This document shows positions 25,549-38,629 of a stretch of DNA of 64,000 bases, piece after piece. How positions within the stretch are numbered: position 1 is the first letter of the stretch; every line of letters begins with the position of its first letter. The notes under the pieces are model-generated. The model was not told where the DNA came from and did no database searches. It saw nothing but the letters and a program-made list of their open reading frames with translations. Source of the stretch: Octopus vulgaris (Eukaryota). Location: contig OX597816.1 in assembly GCA_951406725.2 (NCBI GenBank), forward strand, positions 6,944,001-7,008,000. Reading direction: 5' to 3'. Both the position numbers and the translations under genes were made by a program.

Positions 25549-26312
25549 CTGCAAAGAAAACAACAATAAAATATTTAATAACAAAATGAATAAAGAAAGT
25601 AAAAAAAAAATTTATATTGTCTTATTCAGACTATTTTTGATAAATCAGATTTATTGCAAACACATACAAAATATAATTAACAAGCAAATATTAAAAATAC
25701 TAAAATTATTTAATACATTACATAAAGTTACACAAAATTTCTAAAAAATCTTTAAATTACATAGAGCTGATCTTATTTTCTTTTTTTAAATAAATAGTCT
25801 GTAGTTTGTTTTCTAGAACAACTTAATTTCTGTTTGATGTTTTATCTTATGGAATAATCAATGAATTATATACTGTAAGTTATTAAATAACTGTTTAAAA
25901 TGCCCCAAATTATGAAAGTTTAAGATTAGGACCTTGATTTTGCTCAGGAAGAATATTTGCTGTATTTCTGTTTTATTTCGAAGTTTGTTTAAAGGAAAAT
26001 AATTAAGATAAAAATGTAAACTTTTAAGTTCAAATATAAGATAGTCTAATATTTTGAAAGAAGTGGATTAGGGCTTTAGTTTTTATATAATAAATTATTT
26101 ATGTCTAATAAATATGTTGTTAATTGTGATAAAAACTTTAACTGGCCAGGATTAAGAGAGTTATTGAATAGAAAGAGACTCCTTTAAAAAAATAAAGAAG
26201 CCAAAAGAAGAATACAAAGGAAGGTATTCTTTAGAAATATTAATTCTGCAGAAAGCTGTCAATAGTTTCTTAAGATTTGAGAAACTAAGGAAAAAGTGCA
26301 AACCAAACTCAC

Positions 26313-26447
26313 CAAGCCTGGATCGAGCACCTGACCCTCTGCTGCGCAAGGATGAGTAGCCAAACATGTCTTCATTGAACATGACATCAGCATCAATGAC
26401 CACGCTTGGATGATCTGCACCTGCGTCTAGTAGTGAGATCAGATCAT
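26313..26447 (-). CDS. UBR5: UBR5 exon 8
   Basis: (D)DLISLLDAGADHPSVVIDADVMFNEDMFGYSSLRSRGSGARSRL. Acceptor tttcag|, donor G|GTGAGT. Confidence 0.93.
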
Positions 26448-28736
26448 CTGAAACAGATGAACGCACTTGGAAGCAGACAAATGGAAATTTAATAATATTT
26501 AGAAATAGGGAGAAAAAAAAATTAAATTGGACAAACACGCATGCACACTCACATCTATACACACAAACACACATACACACTCAAACATATCCACAAAGCA
26601 ACATAGGCACAAAAGGATGAAGGTCAACATTATGTATAAGTACTGAGATTTAAAGCGTTTATACATAATATTGAACTTGTGTTAAAGTTTTAATTCTTTG
26701 AAATATATTCAGAAGAAACTATTTAATTCTTGAGATTCGTAACTTTACACAGGTGGAAACAGGTATTTTGCAATACAAGATTAGGTGGATTTTTTTGTTG
26801 CAGTTCAGCAGGAAATAATTTTTGGAAATAAATAATTTTTAAGCTACATTAATCATTGACGTTGAAGAGTTTATCAAATAAAGGACAAATTATCAAAAAA
26901 AATTTAGATTTAAAAGTTGTAAATTTTATAAGGTTTATTTTAAATTTGTAATGACAAGTTTATAAGACTTAAATAGAAGGTTTAGTATTGCAAATAAGTA
27001 ATTTTGAATTTTGGATTAAAGGAATAATAATTTCACGAATATCTGATTTATATTTTGGTACTGCAAATTACCATGTCGAAAGTTTCCATTTCAAAGACTC
27101 TAAGGAATTTTGGCGAAAATTAGAGTGGGATTAGTTTAGAGACTAAATGGCAATTTTCTCAAAGTTTGGTAAATAATATAGGGATATTTACAAAATTAGT
27201 CTCTCCCCTTTTTATTGAGATCGCTTAAAACCAAAATTATCAATATATTTCAGGATATTTAGTATATCGAATTTGTACATTTGATTAAATTTTGTAAACG
27301 TTCGTTGTAAATGATGCTGGAATTTAAACTATAATAATCTACAATAATATTACTATCCTTGTCACAACATTCATGTGTTCAAGGGTTTCGCTATGAACAA
27401 CCTCAACAATAGATTAAGTTAAAGTCACAATCAGAATCGTTAACATAAACAATTTATAAATCAAAATACAAAACAAAAAAGAAAAGAAAAAAAAAACATG
27501 TAATTTCAACAGGTCAGGTGAGTGGAAGTGAGTTTTATCAAGACATGGTCAAGTATTACAGAGAACAGCATAAGTTAGAGACAAAGTCACAGAAAATACA
27601 AAGTTTAAACACTTTCAAAAAACATTTCTCAATCACAACAACAAAAAAATCTTCAAAATATACAAATATATACATGTGTGTTTGTGTATAAATATACACA
27701 CTTCTGGTTTTAGAATATGCACTCTTTCACCTTACAAGCAATAATAGTCAATAATTACAAAGGTTAGTGGTATAAGGAGTATCTAGACAGAAATCATTCC
27801 CTCAGGAAAACCAGTCAGCAGGTGTTTGGCTGGTAGAAAAGTGATGACAACTTAGCCAACCACACATCATCATCATCTCTCACTCTCGTCTAATTATTAC
27901 TCTTCTGCTATTCCTCACCTTCCATCATCATTGATAAACCTTCCACCCCTAATTCACCATTCATTGCACCCTACCTATCCAATCTTTACAGTTGTCACCT
28001 ACTCTCCCCCACTCAACACTTGTTCATTGCTCATGATATTCATTATATTCACCCCTCGCTCATTCCCATTTCTTTCCCCCTACACTCTTGCAACCTCCAC
28101 CCACACTCTCAGCTCTCCTGTCCCCACACACTTCTACATGCCTCATGCTTTGAGAGTCTACCCAGACACCTCATCATCACTATTTTTCTCTCCTCCCCTC
28201 CCAATCCACCATCTCTTCCAAAACTGCACAAGTACTGGTGTCACAATAAAAGCACTCAGTACACTCTGTAAAGGGATTGGCACTAGGAAAAGCATCCAGC
28301 CATAGAAATCATGCCACAGCAGGTATTATTACAGTACAACAGTCCTCCAACTTGCTGGATCCTGTCAAAACATTCAACCTATGCAAACACAGAAAACAAA
28401 GATGGACGTTAAATGATGGTGACGATGGTGGTGGTGGTGGTGTGTGCAAGTGTGAGTGATCATCATTTAACCTGTCTTCCATGCTAGCATGGGTGGAACA
28501 ATTTGACAGGAGCCAACAAGTCGGGGGGGACGGGACAGAAAGCTCTTCTGTCTGCTTTGGCATGATTTCTACACCTGGATGCCATTCCTAATGACAAATA
28601 TTTTACAGAGGGTACACGATGCTTTTCTTTTTTTTGCATGGAACCAATACTAATGAGGTCACCAACTAACCTACATGACAAGACGCTAGTGAATGTAGTA
28701 TTGAGGGAGGTGGCTTTATGCCAGATGATGCAAGAT

Positions 28737-28882
28737 AATTATTTACATTTGACGAATATTTGCCCTCATCTTGTTTGTTGTTAACACAATGTTTCAGCTA
28801 ATATACCTTCCAACCTTCTTCAGGTGTCTTGGGGAAATTTCAAGTCTGGGTTCTCATTCCTAAGGTATTTTCCAATATTATC

Positions 28883-28913
<31 letters not shown>

Positions 28914-29245
28914 TCACTGCATGGAATCAAACTCAGAATCTTGGGGTTAGTAGCCCATGCTTTTAACCACTATGCCATATGCCCGTGATATAGTGGTTAA
29001 GAGCGTGGGCTACTAACCCCACGATTTCGAGTTCGATTCCAGGCAGTGACCTGAATAATAATAGTAATAATAAAAATAATGTCGGAAAATACCTTAGGAA
29101 TGAGAACCCAGCTTCAAAATTTCCCCAAGACACCTGAAGAAGGTTGGAGAGTATATCAGCCGAAACGTTGTGTTAACAACAAACATGATGAGGACAAATA
29201 TCCATCAAATGTAAATAATTCCTCATCTCTTAAATATAGAACTGT
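28737..29245. mobile_element. Head-to-head inverted dimer of a tRNA-head + (TAA)n + hammerhead element
   Basis: Inverted arms of about 240 bp centred near 28985. Box A TGGCATAGTGG, box B GTTCGATTC. The tail CCTCATCTCTTAAATATAGAACTG is on the right arm only. Confidence 0.8.
29129..29174 (+). ncRNA. Minimal type I hammerhead ribozyme motif (tRNA-headed family)
   Basis: GACAC-CTGAAGA-A-GGTTG(gagagtatat)CAGCC-GAAA-CG-TT^-GTGTT, with palindromic AACGTT in place of stem III. Confidence 0.72.
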
Positions 29246-29254
29246 GACACATAA

Positions 29255-29678
29255 GAAAACACCATCCGAGCGTGGCCGTCTGCCAGCCTCGTCTGGCACC
29301 TGTGTCGGTGGCACATAAAAAACACCATCCGAGCGTGGCCGTCTGCCAGCCTCGTCTGGCACCTGTGTCGGTGGCACATAAAAACTCCATCCATGGCCAT
29401 CAGCCAGCCTCGTCTGGCACCTGTGCCGGTGGCACATAAAAACACCATCCGAGCGTGGCCGTCTGCCAGCCTCGTCTGGCACCTGTGTCGGTGGCACATA
29501 AAATCACCCACTACACTCTCGGAGTGGTTGGCGTTAGGAAGGGCATCCAGCTGTAGAAACACTGCCACATCTGACTGGCCTGGTGCAGCCTTCGGGCTTC
29601 CCAGACCCCAGTTGAACCGTCCAACCCATGCTAGCATGGAAAGCGGACGTTAAACGATGATGATGATGATGATGATGA
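29255..29678 (+). mobile_element. RTE 3' UTR copy with about 4 tandem units of about 63 bp
   Basis: Near-identical to the 56233-56760 copy, with a (GAT)n tail. Confidence 0.85.
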
Positions 29679-30363
29679 AGATGATTATTGTTTTAACATC
29701 CACTTTTATATGCTGACATGGGTCGGAGGAAATTCAGTGAGGTAGATTTTTCTATAGCCAAATGTCCTTGCCACATCTTTCCAACAAAGGTAATATCTCC
29801 CCACTGACAGGACAGGTTTTCACAGAAGGTTAGAAACGAACTACACTACATGCATGACAGCGACATCCATTTACAACTATTGCACAATGTCAAGAGACCA
29901 CACACACACACACACAGTTCTTCAGTTTCTCCTTACCAAATCTACTCACAAAGCTTGAGGTGGGTGGGTGGGGCATACACTGACTCAAGGTGCTGCAGAG
30001 TGGAACTGAACCCAAAACTAAGCAATTGGGATAAGCATGCATAGTCAAATAACACATTTATATATGTGTGTGCAAATATGTACAATGCTTATGCAGATGT
30101 GTGCACTCACAAGCATACACGTACCTACACATAAACCCAAGCACACAAACATATACACCCATTCATATAAATACATATATTTTCACATCAGTTGCCACCA
30201 TTGGATAGTGACCAAACATGACTTCCATCAGGCCTACTATGTACTCCAGGTATGCCAGTTATTGATGTCTTCTCAAATTATTGATTTATATATTTGACAT
30301 AAATGAAGATTATCTAGCATAGACATGTATAAAAAAGAATCTTTTATTTATTTATATATATAT

Positions 30364-30968
30364 ACAGGAGTGGCTGTGTGGTAAGTAGCTTGCTTACCAA
30401 CCACATGGTTCCGGGTTCAGTCCCACTGCGTGGCATCTTGGGCAAGTGTCTTCTGCTATAGCCCCGGGCCGACCACTGCCTTGTGAGTGGATTTGGTAGA
30501 CAGAAACTGAAAGAAGCCTGTCGTATATATGTATATATATATATATATATATAGGCGCAGGAGTGGCTGTGTGGTAAGTAGCTTGCTAACCAACCACATG
30601 GTTCCGGGTTCAGTCCCACTGCGTGGCATCTTGGGCAAGTGTCTTCTGCTATAGCCCCGGGCCGACCAATGCCATGTGAGTGGATTTGTTAAGACGGAAA
30701 CTGAAAGAAGCCTGTCATATATATCTATATATATATATGTATGTGTGTGTGTGCTTGTGTGTTTGTGCGTCAGTGTTTGTCCCCCTAGCATTGCTTGACA
30801 ACCAATGCTGGTGTGTTTACGTCCCCGTCACTTAGTGGTTCGGCAAAAGAGATCGATAGAATAAGTACTGGGCTTACAAAGAATAAGTCCCGGGGTCGAT
30901 TTGCTCGACTAAAGGCGGTGCTCCAGCATGGCCGCAGTCAAATGACTGAAACAAGTAAAAGAGTAAAG
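30364..30968 (+). mobile_element. SINE family A with a tandemly duplicated 5' half
   Basis: 30364-30530 repeats 30554-30720, with the junction in a (TA)n tract. Confidence 0.85.
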
Positions 30969-31303
30969 AGTATACACACACACAGGGAGTAAATGGAAAC
31001 TTGCTACAGGGCTAGTTGAGAGCAGGTGAAATCAGAGGAAGAGCTTCCATCAAACGAGTCTTTTGGCCCACTGGTTCCCGACACTCGAAGGGAGACTGGC
31101 CCACAAAAATAGTGACTCCTAGGTGTCCTCCTGCTGTTATTTAAACGCCACCTTTAGTGGGGATTGAACTCATAACCTTTGGGTGTGTGTATTGCCCAGT
31201 GACACAGAACACTGCTTGTACTTGCACCGTTTCAAACTTTGTTTCCTTCTTCCCATGTTTAGTGGCTTGCTGCATTCCTTTTCAGTTCCAGACATGCATG
31301 CAT

Positions 31304-31337
<34 letters not shown>

Positions 31338-31648
31338 CACTGTGACTGACCAGGCTATCAAATGTTGTTACACATCGCTGGTTACAATGCGCTTCGCATT
31401 GTTTTAGCCTTCAAATGACGCCACCCCACTCTGGCTAAGCGAGCAGGCCAACAGAAGAAAGAGTGAGAGAAAGTTGCGGCGAAAGAGTACAGCAGGGATC
31501 GACACCACCACCCCTGCCAGAGCCATGTGGGGCTTTAGGTGTTTTCGCTCAATAAACACTCACAACGCCCGGTCTGGGAATCAAAACTGAGTCTGCTGCC
31601 CTAACCACTGGGCCATTGTGCCTCCACACACACACATACATACATACA

Positions 31649-31698
<50 letters not shown>

Positions 31699-32737
31699 GC
31701 TATAGTGTTTGATACATACTCCTATACACCATATACAATGGACTTCCTGGACTATCGCACAGTATCGTTCAACTAAGTTCCTCTCTCAAGGTCCTAATTG
31801 ACCAAAGACTGTAGAATATGCTGTTTGAACTCTCATGCACAGAGATTAAATCCAAATTGTAGTCGCAAAAGGAATTACTTAACCACAGTGACATATAACC
31901 ATGTAAGTATATAAACATACACACAAACACACAGAGGTTGGCATACATATATGAATAGTTACAAATCTAAACTTCATTTTTCTGCAATGTGCTATTCTCA
32001 ATAATGCAGAGTATTGAGTCTAATTGCAACATCATCATCACCGTTTAAACGTCCCTTTTCCATGCTTGGAAAACCCATGCTATGGGTTGGACAGTTTGAC
32101 TGGGGACTTGAGAGCCAGTGGCTGCAGCAGGCTCCAATCAGATCTGCCAATGTTTCTACAGCTGGACATCCTTCATAACACCAATCACTCCAAGAATGTA
32201 GTGGGTGTTTTTTACATGCTACCGGCATGGGAGCCAGTCAGGGGGGCACTGGCATCAGCCACGTTCAGATGGTGCTTTTTATGTGCCACCAGCATGGGAA
32301 CCAGTCAGGGTACTGGAGTGGTTGGCATTAAGAAGGGCATCCAGCCGTAGAAACATTGCCAGATCAGACTGGAGCCTGGTGCAGCCTTCTGGCTTCCCAG
32401 ACCCCAGTTGAACCATCCAACCCATGCTAGCATGGAAAGCGGACGCTAAACGATGATGATGATGATGATGATGAAAATATGAATACTAAAGGATGATAAA
32501 GACAATCCATTTATAGTCAAACTGGTTGACCATTAATGCAAAGCCATGGGTTCAAACACTCATTCCCAACATGAATACAATCTTAACAAATACCAATTTC
32601 CTTCAACTGACCTAAATGTGCATAAATCTGAGTTACACTTGATAATGGAATTGGTCTATGAAGTGAAGCTAGGCCCAAGAAATGATGCCAGATTCGTTAC
32701 CATTGACCATTTCTTAATCCAGGCTCACTCTAAGCAA

Positions 32738-32908
32738 TATTAAGTATTAGTTGTTGAACTGGTCTCCTCACCTTGATTGTTGCTTTCACTATGTTTTGGC
32801 TGTGTACACTGCAGTCTTCATCAGGTGTCTTTGTGGTTCACTTTAGTGACACCACTCCAAATAGTACAGAATATAAAATTCCTCATCTCAGAAATACAGA
32901 ATTGTATG
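32738..32908. mobile_element. Truncated copy of the sister subfamily (inverted arm + tail)
   Basis: TCTTCATCAGGTGTC arm plus tail CCTCATCTCAGAAATACAGAATTG. 11-bp TSD ACTCTAAGCAA at 32727-32737 and 32909-32919. Another relative lies at about 34220-34320. Confidence 0.6.
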
Positions 32909-33273
32909 ACTCTAAGCAACCCTAACTACATTTTATATCTTCCTAAGGAAGTGCTGACTCAAAAGTTGACATCCAATTCGTACAACTGAGAACTTTGTTG
33001 TTGATATACTCCAATAACATGTTACATACATTAAAATAATAATAATAATAATAATAATAATCCTTTCTATTATAGGAACAAGGCCTCAAATTTGGGGGAA
33101 GGGACTAAGTCGATTACATCAACCCCAATGTGTAACTGGTACTTATTTTATACACCCTGAAAGGATGAAAGGCAAAGTCGACCTCGGTGGAATTTGAACT
33201 CAGAATATAAAGATGGGCGAAATACCGTGAAACCTTTCAGCCAGCATGCTAACGATTCTGCCACCTTAATCAC

Positions 33274-33308
<35 letters not shown>

Positions 33309-35016
33309 CCTTTCACCACATCTCAATACAATTATGTAGCTTTGTTGTTGTAGGTAATAACAAGTATGGCATAAATTACTATTTGTCTATGCAATTGTGC
33401 TATATCGTGGCACTCCGTCGGTTACAACGACGAGGGTTCCAGTTGATCTAATCGACAGAACAGCCTGCTTGTAAAATTAACATGCAAGTGGCTGAGCACT
33501 CCACAGACACATGTACCCTTAACATAGTTCTTGTGGAAATTCAGCATGACAAGGTTGGCCCCTTTGAAATACAAATACAACAGAAACAGGAAGAAAGAGT
33601 GAGAGAAAGAGTAGAGACAGGTTTCGCCACCACCTCCTGCTGGAGCCTCGTGAAGCTTTAGGGGTTTCTACTCAATAAACACTCATGACGCCTGGTCTGT
33701 CAATCGAAACCGCAATCCTATGACCGTGAGTCCGCTGTCCTAACCACTGGGCCATTGCACTTCCACTATGCTATATACTGATGTGTTAGAGAATGATGAT
33801 TTTTACTTTATGTTAAGCAATAATATCTGTGGCAAAAGCTGTTTCTAATGAAGTCATTAATTATTTTCTCTGTTGAAACCGATTCAAATATGCATCAGAT
33901 TCCCATATGACATCCAACAAAACCGTTTTAACACATTCACCACCAGATGTACCAGCAGTGGGTCATCGCAAACTTCACACATCTGCCAGATGCACAACAG
34001 GTGGCACATTTTCATTATTTGGAGAAATACTTTATTCTACATCGTTGACATGGCTTCAAGCACGTTTAAATAACATGAAATATTGCGAAAATGCAAAACC
34101 AATTACATTTCCTTGTAATTAAACGGTGTGCAGTGTGACTGGGGAAAATGTGCAGTCACCAGTAAGTTTCAGCAACAGGCTGCGGTGGTTAAGGCTAACA
34201 CAAAGACCAAGTTTGACCGAAGACACCTGAAGAAGGCTGGAGCATAGAACAGCAGAAACATAATGAAAGCCACAATCGAGATGAGGGCACCAGTTGGACT
34301 AATATAAACATTGTCCATAGTAATTAAATATTGTTCTTGAATGTCTACTTCAGGAACATCTCTTCATATCACAATTTAAAATATTATTAGACTTTCAGTA
34401 CAAAAATAATTAGTGCACTCTTTTAAAGCCTAGCCAGGCTCATGGGCCCGGTTTCCCAGTTTCTATGGCGTATGTGTCCCCAGCTGGACGGGAGGCCAGT
34501 CCATCGCAGCGTTGCTCATTTTTGCCAGCTGAGTGAACTGGAGCAACGTGAAATGGAGTGTTTTGCTCAAGAACACAATGCATCGCCTGGTCCAGGAATC
34601 GAAACCACAATCTTACAATCATGGTGCTGACACCCTAACCACTAAGCCACGCGCCTCCACAACAGAACAAAAACAAACAAAAAAAAACAAAACACATACA
34701 CACGAAGGGTAAGACGACTGAGGGTAAGTTGGTAGTGTCTGCAGTTGAAACTTTACTACTTCAACCACTGTAATGGTGCGTTGGGAGTAAAGATGACAAA
34801 CACCTTCAACTCATCCTCCTTCACAACATAAAAACGGTTGATAACAAAACAATACAGTCAACAAATGTAACAATTTGCAAAAGTCCAAATTTGTGAAAAT
34901 TCTACCAATTTATGTTAAGAAAAAAAAAAAAAAAAAAACTGCATGTAAAACACTTGAAAATTATTAATTAAAAAAATAATAATAGCAACAACATAAACGA
35001 GAGGCTGTACATTTAC

Positions 35017-35110
35017 CTGGCATGTAAGAATCCTGACTATCCTCTTCATTCTCTTCTCCCTCGTCATCTCGGCTTAACAAATTATTCACAGCTAGATTAA
35101 CATCCAAATT
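35017..35110 (-). CDS. UBR5: UBR5 exon 7 (UBA domain end)
   Basis: NLDVNLAVNNLLSRDDEGEENEEDSQDSYMP. Acceptor aacag|, donor G|GTAAAT. Confidence 0.95.
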
Positions 35111-36094
35111 CTGTTCATTAAATAGAGAAATAAAAATGTACCTAAGATGAATTTTTTTCATTTATAACAGAGGTGATATCTACACTCATAAACTGACAAA
35201 TATAATGATTCACCCTATTATATTAGCTTAATTAAGTTTTATCAGGATCTTATGTAATAACTTGGGGTGGGGGTCTGTGTCTTTTCTAATTGAAATGAAT
35301 CAAGAAACAGGATTCTGCAGATTTACCAATGCCACAGGCTGAAGCTAGATGGAACTTCATGTATCATTTTAAAATTCTTCAGATAATTGAATGAGAGAAA
35401 GAACGATGTTGAAATTTTAAATTTATTATAGCATTTAATAAAAGTTTATTAATATCACTACAACAATAATATAAATTAAGTTCTTAAGTACAATCATTAA
35501 ATTATAATTAAAAAAAATAAAACTTGAATCATTTAAAAAAAAAACACTATATCCTATACAGAAACAATTTGGTAATCAAGAATCACAAATTTAAAAGAAA
35601 TCTTAAATCAAAATTCTAATTTCTTAAGGAGCTAAAATTCTTTAATGATTTGACTTGTGCATATGTGCAAGGAGATGATACATCATCATACAGGAGTCAA
35701 GAGAAAAAAAATAGTTGCTTCCCAACCACATGGTTCCAGGTTCAGTCCCACTGCGTGGCACATTGGGCAAGTCCTTTTGCTATAGCCTCGGACTGACCAA
35801 AGCCTTGTGAGTCAATTTGGAAGGCAGAAACTGAAAGAAGCCCATCGTGTATGTGTGTCCCACTACTGCTTGACAACTGGTGTTGGTGTGTTTACATCCC
35901 CTGTAACGCATAAAAGGCTCTCCAAGTGGCCACTTCCTGTCAAACCATCCAACCTATGCCAGCATGGTAAACATACTTTAAATGATAATGAAACTGCCAG
36001 TATTATTCACCTCTTTTTTTTCTTAAACACACTCTTCATTTAAAGATTAAGTGACATTTAGGCAAATGGAGAAGAAAAGTCTGCCAATACTTAC

Positions 36095-36154
36095 GGTTCT
36101 CTGTAGTTCACGAATTATCAGGTTGCGTGATTTTCCTTGCAATACAACTTGACA
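36095..36154 (-). CDS. UBR5: UBR5 exon 6 (UBA domain)
   Basis: CQVVLQGKSRNLIIRELQRT. Acceptor ctgcag|, donor |GTAAGT, 60 nt. Confidence 0.95.
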
Positions 36155-36750
36155 CTGCAGAGAAATGGAGAACAAGATTTAGACAAGATTTTTCAATTCC
36201 ACGGGGAAGTTTGCTTCTATGATTGCAGGTGATGAAAAGGAAAATACATTTAGAAAGTTGGCTACAACTTTAATTTATAAAAGAAACACATTTGTAGATT
36301 TTGTAATTTGTTGCCAGCCTCCCCTGGCACCTGTGCCGGTGGCACGTAAAAACCACCAGCCAATCGTGACCGCTTCCAGCCTCCCTTGGCACGTAAAAAG
36401 CACCCACTATACTCACGGAATGGTTGGCGTTAGGAAGGGCATCCAGCTGTAGAAACTGCCAGATCAGATTAGAGTCTGGTTCGCCAGACCTCAATCAAAT
36501 CGTCCAACCCATCCTAGCATGGAAAGCAGACGTTAAATGATGATGATGTCTGGCCATGGGGGAATATTACCTTACTTAGAAACAGGTGAGGGGTGACAAC
36601 AGGAAAGGTGTCCAACCACAGAAAATGAGCCTCAGTAAACATTGTCCAACGCGTACAAGCATGGAAGAGTGGACATTAAAACAATGGCGATGATGGTAGA
36701 GATGCCTAAGAAACATCAAAGACCCACGTGAGTGACTAGAGAATTCTTAC

Positions 36751-36919
36751 CTGATTTATGAGTTCTTCAGGAACAACAGAAGCTGGTACTAAGGGTCGAG
36801 CTCCAACAATAACCCCTGAACGTCGACCTCTGTTCACAACTGCTCTGGCCATTCTGTTATAACCCTGCTGGTTATTATTACTACGGGAGGCAGAATTTGA
36901 GGAGCCAGAGCCCCATCGC
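36751..36919 (-). CDS. UBR5: UBR5 exon 5 (start of UBA domain)
   Basis: RWGSGSSNSASRSNNNQQGYNRMARAVVNRGRRSGVIVGARPLVPASVVPEELINQ. Acceptor tgtag|, donor |GTAAGA. Confidence 0.93.
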
Positions 36920-38195
36920 CTACAATTCACAACAACAAACGAATATTACGTGAAAAAAAACAATAAATAAAATATCAATTTTGATGCTCTTAAAATCAAA
37001 ATACATTTCTTCAAACAACAACCAGGTTCTGTGAATTTGTGTTTAATTATGTGAAACCCTATGCATCATGACAACCAAATAGCTCCCTAGCCATCACTTA
37101 AGCTTGATCATATATCATCCATACATATGCACAGACCGGACCAAGATTTATTCAGTCAAGAGTGGCACTATAAAAGTCCCCCACCATGTTTAGCCAGAGG
37201 ACAGGCCACGCACTTGTGCTAATACAGTGTGGCATCCAATTAAATTTTGATGAACACTTTTAATTGAGAACACTTTAAAACTGAGTTTGTATCACAGAAC
37301 CAAGGACAGCATTGGGCAGATTGGAGCCAAAAGGGTTAAGGTGGGATAAGTCAAAACTTCCTTTTAAAATTTTGCGCCAACTTATGTTCCAAGCATCAGC
37401 TTCCTAAGGACAAAGTTATTTTACTATATTCATTTATTCTTTCTTTTTATTCTTTTATTTGTTTCAGTCATTTGACTGCGGCCATGCTGGAGCACCGCCT
37501 TTAGTCGAGCAAATCGACCCCGGGACTTATTCTATCGGCCTCTTTTGCCGAACCGCTAAGTGACGGGGACATAAACACACCAGCATCGGTTGTCAAGCAA
37601 TGCTAAGGGGACAAACACAGACATAGAAAAACACACACATACACATATATATATATATACATATATAGAACAGGCTTCTTTCAGTTTCCGTCTACCAAAT
37701 CCACTCACAAGGCATTGGTCGGCCTGGGGCTATAGCAGAAGACACTTGCCCAAGATGCCACGCAGTGGGACTGAACCCGGAACCATGTGGTTGGTTAGCA
37801 AGCTAATTACCACACAGCCACTCCTGCACCTTTATTATTTTTTTTTTAATCTCTTTAGCATTCAGATTATTTTATCCAATTTAATGCTTACTTATTCACA
37901 TTCTTTTGTATTATTCATGCATTATCTTGTAGCTTTGAGCTTTCGATAATATGATTGCTTATTTTTAGAATGACATTGTAAGGTAGGCGTGAGAGGTTTG
38001 ATCTGGCCAGTCTGAACATAAAACAGAATATTTAGGCCAGATTTGATCGGTTAAAATGTTAAAAGGTTGAAGTTATTAACAGAAAAACAAGGAATTTCAA
38101 CAGAAATATTTTAATAAAAAAAATTAACTAAATACACAAATTGTAGATGCATTAACAGTTGTTAATAAAATATCGGATATAATAAACTTAATTAC

Positions 38196-38315
38196 CCAGA
38201 TGGCTGTGGCGCTGAAGATCCAAAAGCATCAGATACCAACACAAGAGGGCTCTCAACCACAAACGTATTGCTCCTTGCTGCTGTGCGTTCTGTCTTTTCA
38301 CTTTTGTCAGGTTTC
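38196..38315 (-). CDS. UBR5: UBR5 exon 4 (120 nt, symmetric phase 2-2)
   Basis: KPDKSEKTERTAARSNTFVVESPLVLVSDAFGSSAPQPS(G), open in the required phase. Acceptor ttttaaag|, donor |GTAATT. Weak similarity to the UBR5 'RTSDSPWFLS' linker. Confidence 0.75.
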
Positions 38316-38578
38316 CTTTAAAAGAAAGGGTTTGTTTTTTGTTTTTTTTAATAATGGAGAAGCAGGGAAAACATTCTAAAATGAACAACTTTCCAGAACC
38401 ACAAATAACTTTACAATTTGAAATTACCATTTAGTAATTACGGAGATGTACTTGCATAGCAAGTGACCTGATCTGAGATCGTGTGCTGGAACGAAAACAA
38501 TTGCAGCGTGGAAGGTGTTTATAAACCATTTAAGAAACACACAAAAACCGTTAGATTCACTTCAACATTTAAAATTAA

Positions 38579-38629
38579 TTTGTCAAAATATTTTCGTCAC
38601 TTCGAGACCACGACCTGTTCACTGACAAA
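38579..38629 (-). ncRNA. Hammerhead motif variant with G3:C8 core
   Basis: Minus strand TTTGTCA-GTGAACA-G-GTCGT(ggtctcgaa)GTGAC-GAAA-ATAT-TT^-TGACAAA. Stem I 7 bp, palindromic stem III region. Confidence 0.65.

Noticed and set aside
28912-29052. tRNA genes (also the heads of SINE families A, B, E and F)
   Set aside because: Boxes A and B are present, but there is no complete acceptor stem and each runs straight into a repeat body. These are SINE heads.
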